From assembly GCF_016432865.1 (NCBI RefSeq), contig NC_067398.1:137702001-137766000 (forward strand): a stretch of 64,000 bases of DNA. Direction: 5' to 3'. The notes below the pieces were generated by a model that saw only the letters and a list, made by a program, of their open reading frames with translations, did no database searches and was not told where the DNA came from. Below, in pieces: positions 56,448 to 64,000 of this stretch. A program made the position numbers and the translations under genes. The stretch comes from Antechinus flavipes. Taxonomy: Eukaryota. Each line of letters begins with the position of its first letter. Positions within the stretch are counted from its first letter, which is position 1.

Positions 56448-58241
56448 TACACACACACAGAGTCTCTCTTTCTCTCTCTCGTACTTTCACTCAGCCAACC
56501 TTTAAAAGCCACAGCTCCCAAAATATTTCTAGAACATAGATCTTATCATGTCATTCACCTGCTACAAAGCTTCCATAATAACAAAGGATAAATACTATTA
56601 GTTAGATTAACTTTAAAGCCCTCCATTTTATGATTCCAACATACTTTTCTTATTTCACACTATTCCACTCTATACTATCCAAACCTCTAATATTCCCCAA
56701 ACCCCAAGCGTACTTCCTCATCTGTGTTTTGCAAAATCTTTTATCTTCAAACACAGTTTCGACCAATCCTTTCATGTACTGTCAAGTACACTTCTCCACT
56801 CCAAAAAATACTTTCTCCCCATAATTTCCTGGGATAGACTACATTTCACAGAGTCATAAGTGAAAAGGATCTCAGAAGCTTCTCATTTTGCAGACAAAGA
56901 AAGCGAAACCCAAGAAAATCATGGCTCCACTCGATGCAGAACCAGTTCCAGTGCCATATCACCCCGCTAATAAACTTGATTGATCCCAGTGGAATGTCGA
57001 CTCCTTTACCACAGAAACCATGTTAGTTTTTACCTTTGTATCCCCAGCATCTACCATAGTCCACTGTAATACCCATGTTTAAAAAATGTTTTTCTAATAA
57101 AATATCTTTCTTACAGAAACTTCTATACCCATTTACAGAGAGAAGACTGCAAAGGACCAGCTAGGAGTCAGAAGGCAAAGTTCTAGTCCCAGGTCTGCCA
57201 TTAACTCATCTCTCACCATGACAAGTCATTAGCTTTAGTTTGCTCGTCTGCAAAATCAAAGTATCTGCCCTATCTCCCTCAGAAGGCTGTCTGACAATCA
57301 AATAAATAATTTTGTCATAGTGCATAGAAAAGGGCAAAGACCATGGGAACTTTGTCCAAAACTTTCTCAAAGGTTAAGAGAATGTAACCATTAATAATGG
57401 GCAAAAAAGAGTTTGCATTTATACTACCTAAAAAAGACTGTATTTTATTCACAAGAGCTTATGAGGAGAAGTCAAGTATCATTGCCTCCAACAAATGGTT
57501 TGTCCAGTCAGTCATGCCCTCATTTTACAGATAAGAAAACAGGCTTTGAGAGGTTGAATGGATAAGATTTCAAATCCCGGTGTTCCAGATTCCAAGTCTA
57601 GGGCTCTCTATCCAGTACATTTTACAATTTTTTCAACTCCAATGAATTTTTTTTTTACTACTTTCCATTAACATTTTTTAGTTTTAATTTTAAAATATAA
57701 TTGTTTTATAAAGCGAACAGTAAAAAATGGAAAAATAAGGGCATTGTATTATCTTTTCTAATTAGTCTAGATTTCCTGATTCTTAGATTGCAGTCCTTTC
57801 CCAGATACACCATGCAAGAACTATTTTCCTGAACCACGGAAATATAGAAAACCAACATTGGAAACTTACCTTGCTAACTTTCTGTAAGCATTGGTTTCTG
57901 TTCCGTTTAATACCTTTTGCAAACGTTTTCATGACATTCTCCTTTGAAACATATGAACATAAGAAGAAGCAAGTTATTTGGGATTATAATCACATTTTGG
58001 TTATCTCAAAATCCCAGTGTTCCAAAATGCCCTCTGACCCATGCAATAAAAGCACAAAAAACAATTTCGAAATCTCAGACCAAAATGAATCAAGCACTTT
58101 GCGCTGACCCATAGTAACCTTCTAGGTACTACTTTTCTGGGAAGTCCTAGGGAAGGAACGGAAGGGAACGTCACTCACCCACAATATCTCTTCTTCAGTT
58201 CGGACCCTCCGAAAGCCGTATCGCTCCAGTTTCCATTCCAT
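601..58241 (-). CDS. CDC20B: Cell division cycle 20B (WD40 protein, deuterosome/multiciliogenesis); full 12-exon gene span, 523 aa
   Basis: Twelve exons (63,72,226,134,94,120,197,95,226,126,118,101 nt = 1572 nt) with AG/GT boundaries and matching phases splice into one open frame from MEWKLER... to ...WKCC*, resembling human CDC20B as I recall it. Locus context (nested GPX8, miR-449) agrees. Confidence 0.96.
1359..1453 (+). mobile_element. Very short L1 3'-end insertion (~95 bp)
   Basis: agcgagtgcaagggataatg...aataaaaagttac plus A-rich tail; imperfect flanking duplication aaaacttaattggttcag / aaaccttaattgattcag. Confidence 0.85.
1840..2450 (+). mobile_element. L1 3' end of a different marsupial subfamily
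   Basis: gaactgatgctgagtgaaatgagcagaaccaagagatcattgtac... L1 ORF2-end/3' UTR signature ending in an A-rich tail. Confidence 0.8.
4126..4243 (-). CDS. CDC20B: CDC20B exon 11
   Basis: ttttcatcag|ATT TGT...TTT TTT G|gtaagt; [39 protein letters not shown]; 118 nt. Confidence 0.95.
4742..4867 (-). CDS. CDC20B: CDC20B exon 10
   Basis: ctttaag|GCC ATG AAC TGG...CAG|gtaaac; [42 protein letters not shown]; 126 nt. Confidence 0.95.
7224..7449 (-). CDS. CDC20B: CDC20B exon 9
   Basis: ctacatag|T GGT TCA...AAG|gtaagg; [47 protein letters not shown]...STSVK; 226 nt. Confidence 0.95.
9143..9191 (+). repeat. (CA)n microsatellite
   Basis: Direct; further (CA)n at about 23364-23404, 40107-40145, 54770-54810 and 56412-56458. 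Confidence 0.95.
9240..9334 (-). CDS. CDC20B: CDC20B exon 8
   Basis: cag|TTA TGG GAT...AGC AG|gtgaga; [31 protein letters not shown]; 95 nt. Confidence 0.95.
9971..10167 (-). CDS. CDC20B: CDC20B exon 7
   Basis: ccttccag|AT CTA AAC...CAA|gtattg; [28 protein letters not shown]...[12 protein letters not shown]; 197 nt. Confidence 0.95.
10215..10330 (+). repeat. (GGAA)n purine-rich simple repeat
   Basis: Direct; reads as a polypyrimidine tract on the minus strand upstream of the CDC20B exon 7 acceptor. Confidence 0.9.
11370..11505 (+). mobile_element. Short CORE-SINE (WSINE1-like)
   Basis: gcagctgaatagtgcagtggatagagtgcc...gagttcaaat...gggcaagtcacttaaccccaattgcctca plus A tail. Confidence 0.8.
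11886..12031. other. Assembly gap (146 N) next to a GA-rich repeat
   Basis: Run of N. Confidence 1.
12756..12875 (-). CDS. CDC20B: CDC20B exon 6
   Basis: ttctttgcag|GC TGC...TAC T|gtgagc; [40 protein letters not shown], containing the CDC20-family 'P..DDYY' element; 120 nt. Confidence 0.93.
13755..17398 (-). mobile_element. 5'-truncated L1 (ORF2 from end of endonuclease through RT and C-terminal region, 3' UTR, poly-A)
   Basis: ORF2 peptides ([39 protein letters not shown]) broken by frameshifts; 12-bp TSD gatatagtcttt at 13743-13754 and 17399-17410. Confidence 0.97.
17869..18085. mobile_element. hAT/Charlie-type MITE
   Basis: Terminal inverted repeats cagggttcttaac ... gttaagaactcctg; related copies at about 41027-41246 and 40700-40890. 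Confidence 0.65.
20105..20198 (-). CDS. CDC20B: CDC20B exon 5
   Basis: ttacttttag|AAG TGT...TGG AAA G|gtatgt; [31 protein letters not shown]; 94 nt, phases 0/1 fit the neighbouring exons. Confidence 0.88.
21457..21673. repeat. Long inverted repeat (arms 21457-21537 and 21592-21673)
   Basis: Arms align 75/82 (6 substitutions, 1 gap) as reverse complements; 54-nt spacer. Confidence 0.95.
21790..22023 (+). repeat. Polypyrimidine minisatellite, ~20-bp unit (tttccttcacctctccctct), about 12 copies
   Basis: Periodic unit visible directly. Confidence 0.9.
22045..22296 (+). mobile_element. MER63-like (hAT-Blackjack) DNA transposon relic
   Basis: gagtatttacacc...gaaatcagcaaaggctacaaat...ttgttgttaaacattt...gcataccattg matches the MER63 layout as recalled. 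Confidence 0.65.
24890..25023 (-). CDS. CDC20B: CDC20B exon 4
   Basis: cttgttttcag|GA TCC...AGA CAG|gtagcc; [44 protein letters not shown]; 134 nt, phases 1/0 fit; sequence poorly conserved. Confidence 0.8.
27952..28177 (-). CDS. CDC20B: CDC20B exon 3
   Basis: aataaacag|GCG CTG...CTT A|gtaaga; [37 protein letters not shown]...; [10 protein letters not shown] matches CDC20B; 226 nt. Confidence 0.93.
31620..32150 (+). mobile_element. Decayed CR1/L3 LINE 3' region
   Basis: tctggagcattatattc...cattttaaggacattg...tgaggatcagatgcagaaactggagatgttgagcttgaaaaagagaa, recalled as typical CR1/L3 sequence. Confidence 0.65.
34319..36052 (-). mobile_element. 5'-truncated L1 (~1.7 kb) of the same family
   Basis: ORF2 C-terminal peptides and the same 3' UTR as the 13.7-kb copy; 18-bp TSD acaaactgttatctttct at 34301-34318 and 36053-36070. 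Confidence 0.97.
36405..36592. mobile_element. hAT-type MITE
   Basis: Inverted ends cttcttaaact ... agtttaagaa around an AT-rich interior. Confidence 0.55.
37264..37520 (+). mobile_element. CORE-SINE (Mar1-like)
   Basis: tRNA-like head, CORE segment, gagaaggaaatggcaaactactccagtatctctgccaagaaaacccc tail; related copies at about 28855-29070, 30395-30625 and 22500-22690. Confidence 0.8.
38310..38560 (-). mobile_element. Decayed non-LTR RT fragment (CR1-like)
   Basis: YGDDLEFFK...DKLWKDL resembles CR1-type RT (Y/F)ADD...KLQxDL; short, with stops on both sides. Confidence 0.45.
38919..38994 (+). repeat. Tandem repeat, 26-bp unit x ~3 (cagttctaaataaattttcattgatt)
   Basis: Two full identical copies plus a 24-nt third, no spacers. 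Confidence 0.95.
42676..42891 (-). mobile_element. L1 3'-end fragment (~215 bp)
   Basis: Same 3' UTR sequence; TSD core cttattcctcc at 42662-42672 and 42892-42902. Confidence 0.92.
43430..43865 (+). promoter_or_regulatory. GPX8 CpG-island promoter / 5' UTR
   Basis: GC/CpG-rich segment directly upstream of the GPX8 ATG; GGCGGAG GC-box at about 43800. Confidence 0.75.
43865..44068 (+). CDS. GPX8: Glutathione peroxidase 8 exon 1 (N-terminal membrane anchor)
   Basis: [68 protein letters not shown]|gtaagt; 204 nt. Confidence 0.97.
44675..44936 (+). CDS. GPX8: GPX8 exon 2 (peroxidatic Cys region)
   Basis: [18 protein letters not shown]...[13 protein letters not shown]...AFRFLI G|gtaaat; Cys (not Sec) active site and Ser in place of the usual GPx Gln, typical of GPX8; 262 nt. 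Confidence 0.96.
48635..48798 (+). CDS. GPX8: GPX8 exon 3 (coding part)
   Basis: tttttttag|AT TCA...; [20 protein letters not shown]...[12 protein letters not shown]; WNF motif and KEDL ER-retention signal; total CDS 630 nt = 209 aa. Confidence 0.97.
49289..49294 (+). terminator. Candidate GPX8 polyadenylation signal (AATAAA)
   Basis: First AATAAA I found about 490 nt after the stop codon; another at about 49850; cleavage site unknown. Confidence 0.4.
50860..51055 (+). mobile_element. Marsupial dispersed repeat (RTE-associated SINE-like)
   Basis: aggccaaggtctcccactgcatcc...gtgaggcaggtgaccttgcac...aatccaagtcacttgcatgtca; related copies at about 5545-5680 and 10930-11160. Confidence 0.6.
52298..52383 (-). 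ncRNA. Additional miR-449/miR-34-family hairpin (449d-like); predicted 5p 52347-52369 GGGCAGUGUAUUGUUAGUUAGCU
   Basis: GGCAGUGUAUUGUUAG identical to miR-449a positions 2-17; folds with 3' arm CAGCAACUGCAUACACUUCCA; extended lower stem; UG at -14/-13 and CAUC 17 nt past the predicted 3p end. Confidence 0.85.
53575..53660 (-). ncRNA. MIR449A: miR-449a precursor; mature 5p 53625-53646 UGGCAGUGUAUUGUUAGCUGGU
   Basis: Mature sequence identical to human miR-449a as recalled; 3' arm GCUAACAUGCAACUGCUGUC conserved; lies in CDC20B intron 2, sense. Confidence 0.97.
53715..53800 (-). ncRNA. MIR449B: miR-449b precursor; predicted 5p 53767-53788 AGGCAGUGUGCUGUAAGCUGUC
   Basis: About 120 nt upstream of 449a; flanks CAGGUAGGCAGUG, loop CUGCUUGGG and 3' CUGCCACUUGCU match miR-449b; seed GGCAGUG intact. 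Confidence 0.9.
57870..57941 (-). CDS. CDC20B: CDC20B exon 2
   Basis: tttcaaag|GAG AAT...AGC AAG|gtaagt; [24 protein letters not shown]; 72 nt. Confidence 0.87.
58179..58241 (-). CDS. CDC20B: CDC20B exon 1 (coding part)
   Basis: ATG GAA TGG AAA CTG GAG CGA...TTG TGG|gtgagt; [21 protein letters not shown]. Confidence 0.95.
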
Positions 58242-58249
58242 CCCCACTG

Positions 58250-58760
58250 ACTCACAAGCTACTTGGAGACTTTCCAGCCCAACCAGCTACTATTATCTTG
58301 GCCCCCTTTCTCAGACACGCCACCTAAACTCGCCGGATCTTCCCCACTACAAGCTGCTGTTTCTGCTCCAAAGCGCCTTCTGGTGAGCTTTGCTCGAGGC
58401 TGCTAAACCAGGGTTTAAAGAACTGCTGCGAGCGGCAACCAGAGCGGGAATTCCCCTCTCGGAAATCTCATTGGCTGATCACGCAGTGACGCGTGAGCAC
58501 AGGAGGGGATTCCCCTTTTGCTTAGGAATGCGGGGACAAGGGACTGCGGTTGCGGAGAGCCCAAATCCAGCCTAGCTTTGCCCGCCCCAGCCGCCGCCTT
58601 TTCATTGTCGGGGGGCGGAGGCGCGAGCAGAGTGCCAAAGAGTGACAAGTCCGGGACAAGTGGCGGGCTTCGGGACCCGCTGAGTGCAATGAAGTTCTTG
58701 CAGTTGCAGGCAGCAAGGAGTTTGGCGGGACAAGAAGCGGGTCCGGAGGTTTCTTATCAC
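58250..58760 (-). promoter_or_regulatory. CpG-rich proximal promoter of CDC20B / miR-449 host transcript
   Basis: Directly upstream of the ATG; CpG-dense; CCAAT box (ATTGG 58470-58474); E2F-type sites GCGGGAA 58444-58450 and TTTGGCGGGA 58721-58730; GC boxes. Confidence 0.75.
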
Positions 58761-60379
58761 TTCAATTTAAAAAAACACAAACACCGATCCCATACAGTTT
58801 TGGGGGATCTGACAGCTTCCACGAGTTTTATAGATTTTATATTAATCCCTTTTCTCTATTTTTTGGAAAGTGATGCGTTGCTCTTTTTGCACTTTTAAAA
58901 TCACTTAAACTCGATTCAAGACAATGGTCTTCTGATTCCCTACTCCCACCCACAACAAAACCCACCACACTGTTGGAGAATATCATCATAGAAGCATCTT
59001 TCGTTCTTTGACCCATTGGATAAATTATCATATTCTCTCCAAAACCGATTTATCTAGCTATAGCAAGCTATTACTATTTAGAGAGAAAAGTGATGGAGAA
59101 TCGGATACAGGAGAACTGGAAAAGATAGATGGAACTTTAGAAGAAGCCGAAAAAGCAAGGGACATGATTATAAACGAAAATGAATTCATATTGGGAGCAT
59201 TTAAAGGAAGAGATTATCTGGAAAACATGAAAATGGCCGACCAAATAAGGCTATAAAGGAATGGAATCTTAATTTATGATGAAAAAAAAGATAACGCGTG
59301 GTTGGAGTTGGTACAGGATGTCTATGAAAGCCTTCTAAAAGTCAATCTTTTATTCGTTCCCAAGAAGTCCCACTTTAGTAAACGATGATTTACAATCCAC
59401 AGTATCTATAGTGTGAAAAGAGGAAATCCTTGACCCAATTTCCCAGTGTAAAGATTAAACCATTACAGAAACAGTAAGGCTGTCCTAAAAGTCAAAACGA
59501 GCTACTTAATCGCTGGCTTTGACGTGCAATTAGATTTTACCCCTACAAGAATCCTATTTGCAATACATTAGTTCAACTGAATATTGATTCCAACTGAAAT
59601 AAAACCTTTCAATAGAAAGGTTCAATAGAAACACTGACAGAAATCTCACATCACTGACTACAGCCAAAATATTATAGCCAATAAAATAGCAAACGTACAT
59701 TAGCAATATTACAGGTGTATAAAATAGTTATATAACTTTTTTCTAACTATTGCTATCAACTATTTCAAAGATGAAACAGTATAATGAACTTAAACATTAA
59801 TGATTTTCAATTCCAATTGTTAAATTTTAGATTTATTGTCTAGATTATAAATACGCAATATATAATTTAATATATATTTACATAAATAAATTTCTGATTT
59901 CTAATTTTTATTTTTATCTAATATCATGGTACTAAGACCACAAAATTAAAGTATGAAAATTCAAATTTGATACTCCAAAAATACAATCTATGGGATCTTG
60001 GGAATTAAGTCTAGGCTTACAAATGCTAAAAATTCACTTGTGTATTAGTTGTATTAATGGGCACATACATATGTAAACAACTACAATTCAATTTTTAGCT
60101 TTTAACAACATTCTTATCCTATGTCTTGTCTTGAACTATCAAATTGAGAGATTAAGCAAATGTCTTTCCTTGGGGTACTCGGACTTCTAAGTGCAAATTT
60201 GTAATTAGTAACCACAACTAGTATTACTTATAGACACAACTTTGCTGAAAAGTTAATTTTCTTAACTACAGTGATGGAGAAGTAATTTCTCATTCCTGTG
60301 CTCGTTTTCTTAAAAGATTTAAACAGATATATTACTACCTAAAATCTTGCCCTGAATAACCCTGAAGGGTCTTGCCTGT

Positions 60380-61450
60380 GGGCTTTCCCAATCAAGATGC
60401 GAATATCCTATTAAAAGGCAATGGGATTAGGGAGATGGGAAAGTTGCAGTCAAGAAACTGAGTCAGGGAAAGCCCGGGGAAGACCTGTAAGGACCGTGAC
60501 AGTCAAAGTCAGAGTTGCAAAAGAGGAGCTGAGATGTGTTGAGTAGACTTTTGTCTGTCTTCAATTTCCTATCCACTCAAGTCCTCGGCTCTCAGAAAAA
60601 CCACAAGACATCCTTTTCGCGGGATCGCTTCAGGTTTAGAACAGCTGCTCTCTGATTGGACCAGACCCCGTCGTCCGGAGTTACCCAGCGGCTGATGAAG
60701 GATTCCAACCGCTTTGCTTCGAGGAGGGAAAAAAAAAGGAAACCGACTCCAGTTTCTCCCCGCTTCCAACTGTCCTCTCGCGCGCTTGCCAAACAGTTCT
60801 AGCTTAGGCATGGAGGGGGAAGGGAGAGAGGGAGGAAGAGCGGGAGGGGATTGCTCCCAATCCCGCGCCCTGGAGCTCGCGCGCGCGCGCAGGCGCGCCA
60901 GTCCTCCCGCCTCCCGCTCCCGCGTAGCAGCAACTGGACAAAAGAGACAGTTAGATATTTCACTTCAACGCTCGCTTGGGCACGTGAGCTTGTTGCAGGC
61001 TGTGGGAGGGTGAGACTCCGAAAAAGGCACTGAGGAGGGGAGGCCCAAAAACGGCTGAAGTCAAAGCACTTCATTCACATATAGAAAGGGAAAGGCGCTT
61101 CATTCACATATAGAAGGGAAATGACGAGAGCGAGGTCTGAAACAGACGAGCTGTTATTATTTCGCGAGATGTCTTGAGGACAGTGGCAGAAGTAGTTAAT
61201 CCCAAACTTTTGTAAGGTCCATTATCGCATCCTATCGTCACAAAAACTGTGAGGTAACTAGGGAATTTAGGCTCGGAAAGGTCAATGAAGTTGACTTTGA
61301 GTCATACAAACAGGAGCAGCGTGAAACTAGACCCAGTAGGACCTGGTCTCGATACCAGGCTACCCGGCCTCCCCGCACCCACACCCACTCCTGCCGGGGG
61401 GGAAAAATCCGTTTTTAACCGTTGTCCTGAGAAGAGCAACGCAATGGAGC
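60380..61450. promoter_or_regulatory. Second CpG island about 2.2-3.2 kb upstream of the CDC20B ATG
   Basis: CpG-dense against an AT-rich background; TTTTCGCGGGA 60614-60624; CCAAT boxes at 60388, 60655 and 60857; (CG)n tract 60878-60890. Confidence 0.65.
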
Positions 61451-64000
61451 GAAGGGCAACTTAATAGGGACACTTATGACGGTCGCAGCATTATTATGCA
61501 TTCGACCTCATGAGTCATTTGCAAGTAATTTTGCGAAGGCAATATTAGCAACAATGCTAACAGCCTCACAAGGCAATCCTTTAGACAAGGTAGTACTAGG
61601 CAAGGTAGTACACCCCTTACATTTAATGTAGCCTTTTTATTATAATATTGCGACAAACTCATTCATGACGTTGAACGTTGGATGGCTTTTCTAGGGGCTT
61701 CAGTTTCCTCACCTGTAAAATGAGGGGGCTGGATTAGATGATCTCTAAGGTTCTTTCTAGCTCTAGATAATCTGTGATCCTATATAATTATATGGATATG
61801 TAATTCCTGTATAAATTAAAATGATTCTACATATATATTATACATCATATAAACAGATGTATACATTTTATTTTCACTATCTGATACCAAAACCAAGCTT
61901 CAGAATTTACTACTGTCACTAAAACTAAAAAATTATGCATTATACGTTTATCCTTCAAAGTTGGATTTTTTTCCAGATGTCTTCTCCATTTATGGAGTAG
62001 AACATAATGCTATTTTATATTTTGATACGGATTTACATCTTTTCTGATTCATTTCACAAGATAAGGATTCAAATCCTAATCTTAACTCTTTAGTAATACT
62101 CTTATTTATACCAATTGGTATATACTTCGTCGATTTTAATACATTTCTGTGAATGTAACATCTAATATATTTAGGCCTGAGGGAGAAAAATTGTCATTTT
62201 CCTTTTCACCCAAATTCAATACCTTGCTGTGAAGAATTTGCTGGAAGTAATTGCATTTAATTAAGCAAGCCCACCACTAGGGGGCAATTTGGAGCTTTGG
62301 TTGCACTTAAAATGGAAAAGGGAAAAAGGAGGAAGGAGCAGAGAAGAAAAGGGAAGGATGGGTGGAAGGAAGGCAGGCAAGAATGAAAATAGAAAGGAAA
62401 GAAAGAATAAGAAGCCAGAATTTTAAGTATAAAAGACACTACAATGTGAATAAAAAAAGCAATTTATTCATAAAGTGTCACGACCTTGTTATCCTACACA
62501 TTCTTTTAAAAAGTGTTTCTGGGAATTACAAATATAAAATAAGAATTTTTGCCAGGTTCTTTTGTACTCAGCAAACTAGTCAGTGAGCATTTATTATGTG
62601 TGCCAGGAACTATACTGAGTTGGAAATACAAAGAAAGGGAAAAAATAATCCCCATCTTTGAGCTCACAATATAATAAAGATAATATGAGAACAACTTTGT
62701 ACAAGCAAACTACATATAAGGGATAAAAATCAATAGAGGGAAGATACCAGAATTGAAGGGTTGGGAAATCATAGAAGATAGGATTTTAGCTAAAACTTGA
62801 AGGAAGCCAGGGAAGCTTGAAGGCAAAAATGAGGAAGAGCATTCCAAGCTTGGGGGGAAGGGGCGACAGTCAGTGAAAATGCTCAGAGCTGAGAAATTGT
62901 TGAGGTAATAGTAAGAGTATATGGCAGGAGTAGAGAAATATGATATGTTGTAAGAAGATGTAAGAAGACTGGGAAAGTAAAAGGAGGTGGCTGACATGAA
63001 AGACTTTGAACACCAAATAGAGGGTTTTATATTTGATCATTGGGGTAATAATACTAACTGGTGTGTAGATACACTGGAGTATATTAAGTGGGGGGGTGAC
63101 ATGATTAGAACTGCATTTTAGGCAGTATTACAAAGGGGCATGTTTGAGAAATGTGGCAAATGTGATCTTGACAGAATCTTGGCAATAGATTGGATATCAA
63201 AGATGGAAAGTTGAGGATGACATATACAAATATGTAGGCGTTTTCTCCCAGGTTTTGAGTGTGGGGGACTGGAAGAATGGTAATGACCTCAATTATTGAG
63301 AGGTTTAGATTGGGAAAAGAGTTCAGGGGGGAAAGATAATTGTTTTGACTACATTGAATTGAAGAAGAATGAGCATTCAGAAAGACCATTAGATTTGACA
63401 ATTAAGAGATCTTTACTAACTTTGGAAAGATCAGTTTCCGATGATGAAAAGTCAGAAACCACACTATGGGGAATTTAGATTTAGAGGAAAGGAAGTAGAG
63501 GTATCAGCTGTGGACAAAGCTCAAGTAATTTTGTCACAAAAGGCAAGAGAGTTATGGGATAGTAGTTAGGGAGGATAGAGAGAGGTTTCTTACTTAGGGA
63601 TATACTTTGAAATTCATTCCCATAGTCTGAAGAATTTACAAGCAGATAGATCCTCAGGATTGTAGAGGAGCCAAACTCTCCATTCTCTTGTTTCTACTTC
63701 TACCATTGTTCCACCAATTAAAGGCGGGGCAAAAGGTTCGGAAAACCATATTGCAATCAGTTCCCAAATATGTAACTAATAGTGACTATGGTGGCATGGT
63801 CAAATTGTTTCAAAAAATAATCCTAATTTTAGTTTTCTACTGATACCTTAACAAGCCCTATTAATGTAGCAAGTTCAAGGTGATCAATTTCTCATTTTTC
63901 TTTCTCTCACCTTCGCCATTTATTGCAGATGCTTAGAAAAGGATAAAAATGGACAAGACGACAGAGAGCAAAAGAAAAAAATTGTAAAGAAAATATGAAC

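Noticed and set aside
58390-61074. ORFs within the two CpG islands and the 82-aa ORF at 59008-59256
   Set aside because: GC-rich shadows, or purine-rich decayed repeat-like sequence; no homology I recognise and no splice support.

Overview
Mammalian genomic DNA, most likely an Australian marsupial (inferred from WSINE1/Mar1-type CORE-SINEs and dasyurid-type L1 3' ends), covering the CDC20B / GPX8 / miR-449 multiciliogenesis locus. I reconstructed a complete, stop-free 12-exon CDC20B on the minus strand (58241->601; 1572 nt, 523 aa). GPX8 (3 exons, 209 aa, ends KEDL) is nested antisense in CDC20B intron 2. The same intron holds three miR-449/miR-34-family hairpins: an exact miR-449a, a diverged miR-449b, and a further hairpin about 1.2 kb downstream of 449a (52298-52383) with Microprocessor motifs. 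I found no miR-449c at the position where eutherians carry it. The most unusual unexplained structure is an 81-bp, ~91%-matched inverted repeat in intron 4 (21457-21673) whose loop contains a 40/41-identical inverted copy of sequence about 480 bp away. Other points: two CpG-rich regulatory islands upstream of CDC20B, an intragenic CpG-rich exon 6, four L1 insertions with readable TSDs, and one N gap. Everything was read by eye; repeat family names and cross-species comparisons come from memory and need database confirmation.
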